DNA of 63,796 nt, counting the filler, from Pseudogymnoascus verrucosus (lineage: Eukaryota), in NCBI GenBank assembly GCA_001662655.1. It is 3 parts of 3 records of this genome, joined end to end, with 100 filler letters (N's around TTAATTAATTAA, not from the genome) between each part and the next. Parts side by side here need not be neighbours in the genome. Positions count along the whole stretch, not along the records: positions 44,389 to 63,796 come from KV460299.1; 2 more parts are not named here. One strand, written 5' to 3'. Of the stretch, positions 62,675-63,796 are shown one piece after another. A program made the position numbers and the translations under genes. A model generated the notes under the pieces. That model saw only the letters and a program-made list of their open reading frames with translations. It was not told where the DNA came from and searched no databases. The first letter of the stretch is position 1, and each line of letters begins with the position of its first letter.

Positions 62675-63145
62675 ACGTAGGTCATGGTGTAAGCGGCGAC
62701 ATGGTGTAAGCGGCGATTTTAGAAAACACACCAAAATCCACATCACGTGACTGAAATTAAAACCTTAATAACTTCTATAATAATGCTTGTAAAGCTTAGT
62801 GCTCTTATATTATTAGTCTCTATATATGTATACATTAGGATTTAATTTGCTATAATGTAAGCTAGTCTTATTAAAGAGTTATTTACACTTAAAGTTTTGC
62901 TATACAAATATTATATATAGGAAAAGCTAAAACCTTAATATATACTATAAAATACGACTAGCGCTACTAGCAAATTTACATATATTAGATGATTATACAA
63001 AGAGTAATAGTCTAAGAGTATTAAGCTCTATAAACATTATTACAGAAGTTATTAAGGTTTTAATTCTAGTCACGTGATGTGGATTTTGGTGTGTTTTCTA
63101 AAATCGCCGCTTACACCATGTCGCCGCTTACACCATGACCTACGT
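62675..63145. mobile_element. Tc1/mariner (pogo-like) MITE
   Basis: Perfect 78-bp TIR ACGTAGGTCATGGTGTAAGCGGCGAC...CACGTGACT that extends imperfectly further in; TA on both flanks. Confidence 0.92.
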
Positions 63146-63306
63146 TAAGGTAGCTACAACACTATTATAGATACTATAGGGGCCTATCTTACAAATGCTA
63201 TATATAGTAGTACTAGTAGCCCTAAATTCTCTACTTAGGACAGTAATAGCATTATAGATTCTAATTATAACAGACTTAGTGCCTTGTACCTATTTAACCC
63301 CTCCTA

Positions 63307-63789
63307 ACGTAGGTCGTGGCGTAACGGGTGTAATGGCGTAACGGGGGTATGTACCTTTACAGCTAAACTTGTAAGCAATAGTACTTAGAACCAAAAACTT
63401 CAAACCTAAATAACTCTATGAATAAAATTAGTAAAGCTTATTCCTTGTATATATTAGAACTGTATATAATACTCTTTTACATAAAAAAACGCTAGTAGCA
63501 CTATAATTGTTTTGCATAAGTTATTAAAGGTCTAAGATTTTACCATACAAAATATTAGTATGGTAAATCTATAATTGTTAATAACTTCCTTATATAACTA
63601 GCTTACAGGCTGAAATTTCTAAGTCGAATATATGTATATATGAAGTTTCTATATACAAAAGTATTATACTTTACATCACCTACTTAAGTAGTTATTAAAG
63701 GTTTTAATTCTAGTCACGTGATATAAATTCGCTAGCAAAATACCACTACCCCCGTTACGCCATTACACCCGTTACGCCACGACCTACGT
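63307..63789. mobile_element. Tc1/mariner (pogo-like) MITE
   Basis: TIR ACGTAGGTCGTGGCGTAACGGGTGTAATGGCGTAACGGGG, with TA on both flanks. Confidence 0.9.
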
Positions 63790-63796
63790 TACATTA

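Noticed and set aside
37000..63796. Starship giant transposon carrying the accessory genes
   Set aside because: No DUF3435 tyrosine-recombinase captain or boundary repeats are recognisable in the window. It cannot be excluded outside the window.

Overview
A filamentous ascomycete genomic scaffold. The evidence is GT-AG introns with CTAAC/CTGAC branch sites and a strong RIP signature; a Leotiomycete such as Pseudogymnoascus is a guess from codon style only. Positions 1-21.4 kb are gene-dense core sequence: dom34/pelota (partial), a Ybp1/DUF1760-like protein, a dihydroxy-acid dehydratase, a GH2 beta-galactosidase, a secreted IgE-binding-like protein, LAMTOR1/Ego1, a MARVEL protein, a small Cys-containing protein and an RGG protein. 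Positions 21.5-23.3 kb hold DNA-transposon remnants, including a Mutator/foldback-like element with a 9-bp TSD. Positions 23.4-31.4 kb are a ~8-kb palindrome that duplicates a CCCH zinc-finger gene and is most likely an assembly artefact. A low-complexity protein and an ethanolamine kinase follow. From ~37 kb the window is accessory and RIP-scarred. It holds a co-oriented trio (allantoate-permease-family MFS, divergent prolyl-oligopeptidase-like peptidase, HSL-family hydrolase) in which the two enzyme genes share a 24-bp CCGG promoter motif. It also holds pogo-like MITEs, a full-length RIP-inactivated Ty3/Gypsy chromovirus, a HET-domain gene with AEKK repeats and a 26-Cys secreted protein. The retroelement has a self-priming PBS, an antisense Zn2Cys6-like ORF and a collagen-like run in its LTR. 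The best candidates for something undescribed are the peptidase/hydrolase/transporter module and the retrotransposon-borne antisense zinc-cluster gene. All assignments are by eye; no database searches were run.
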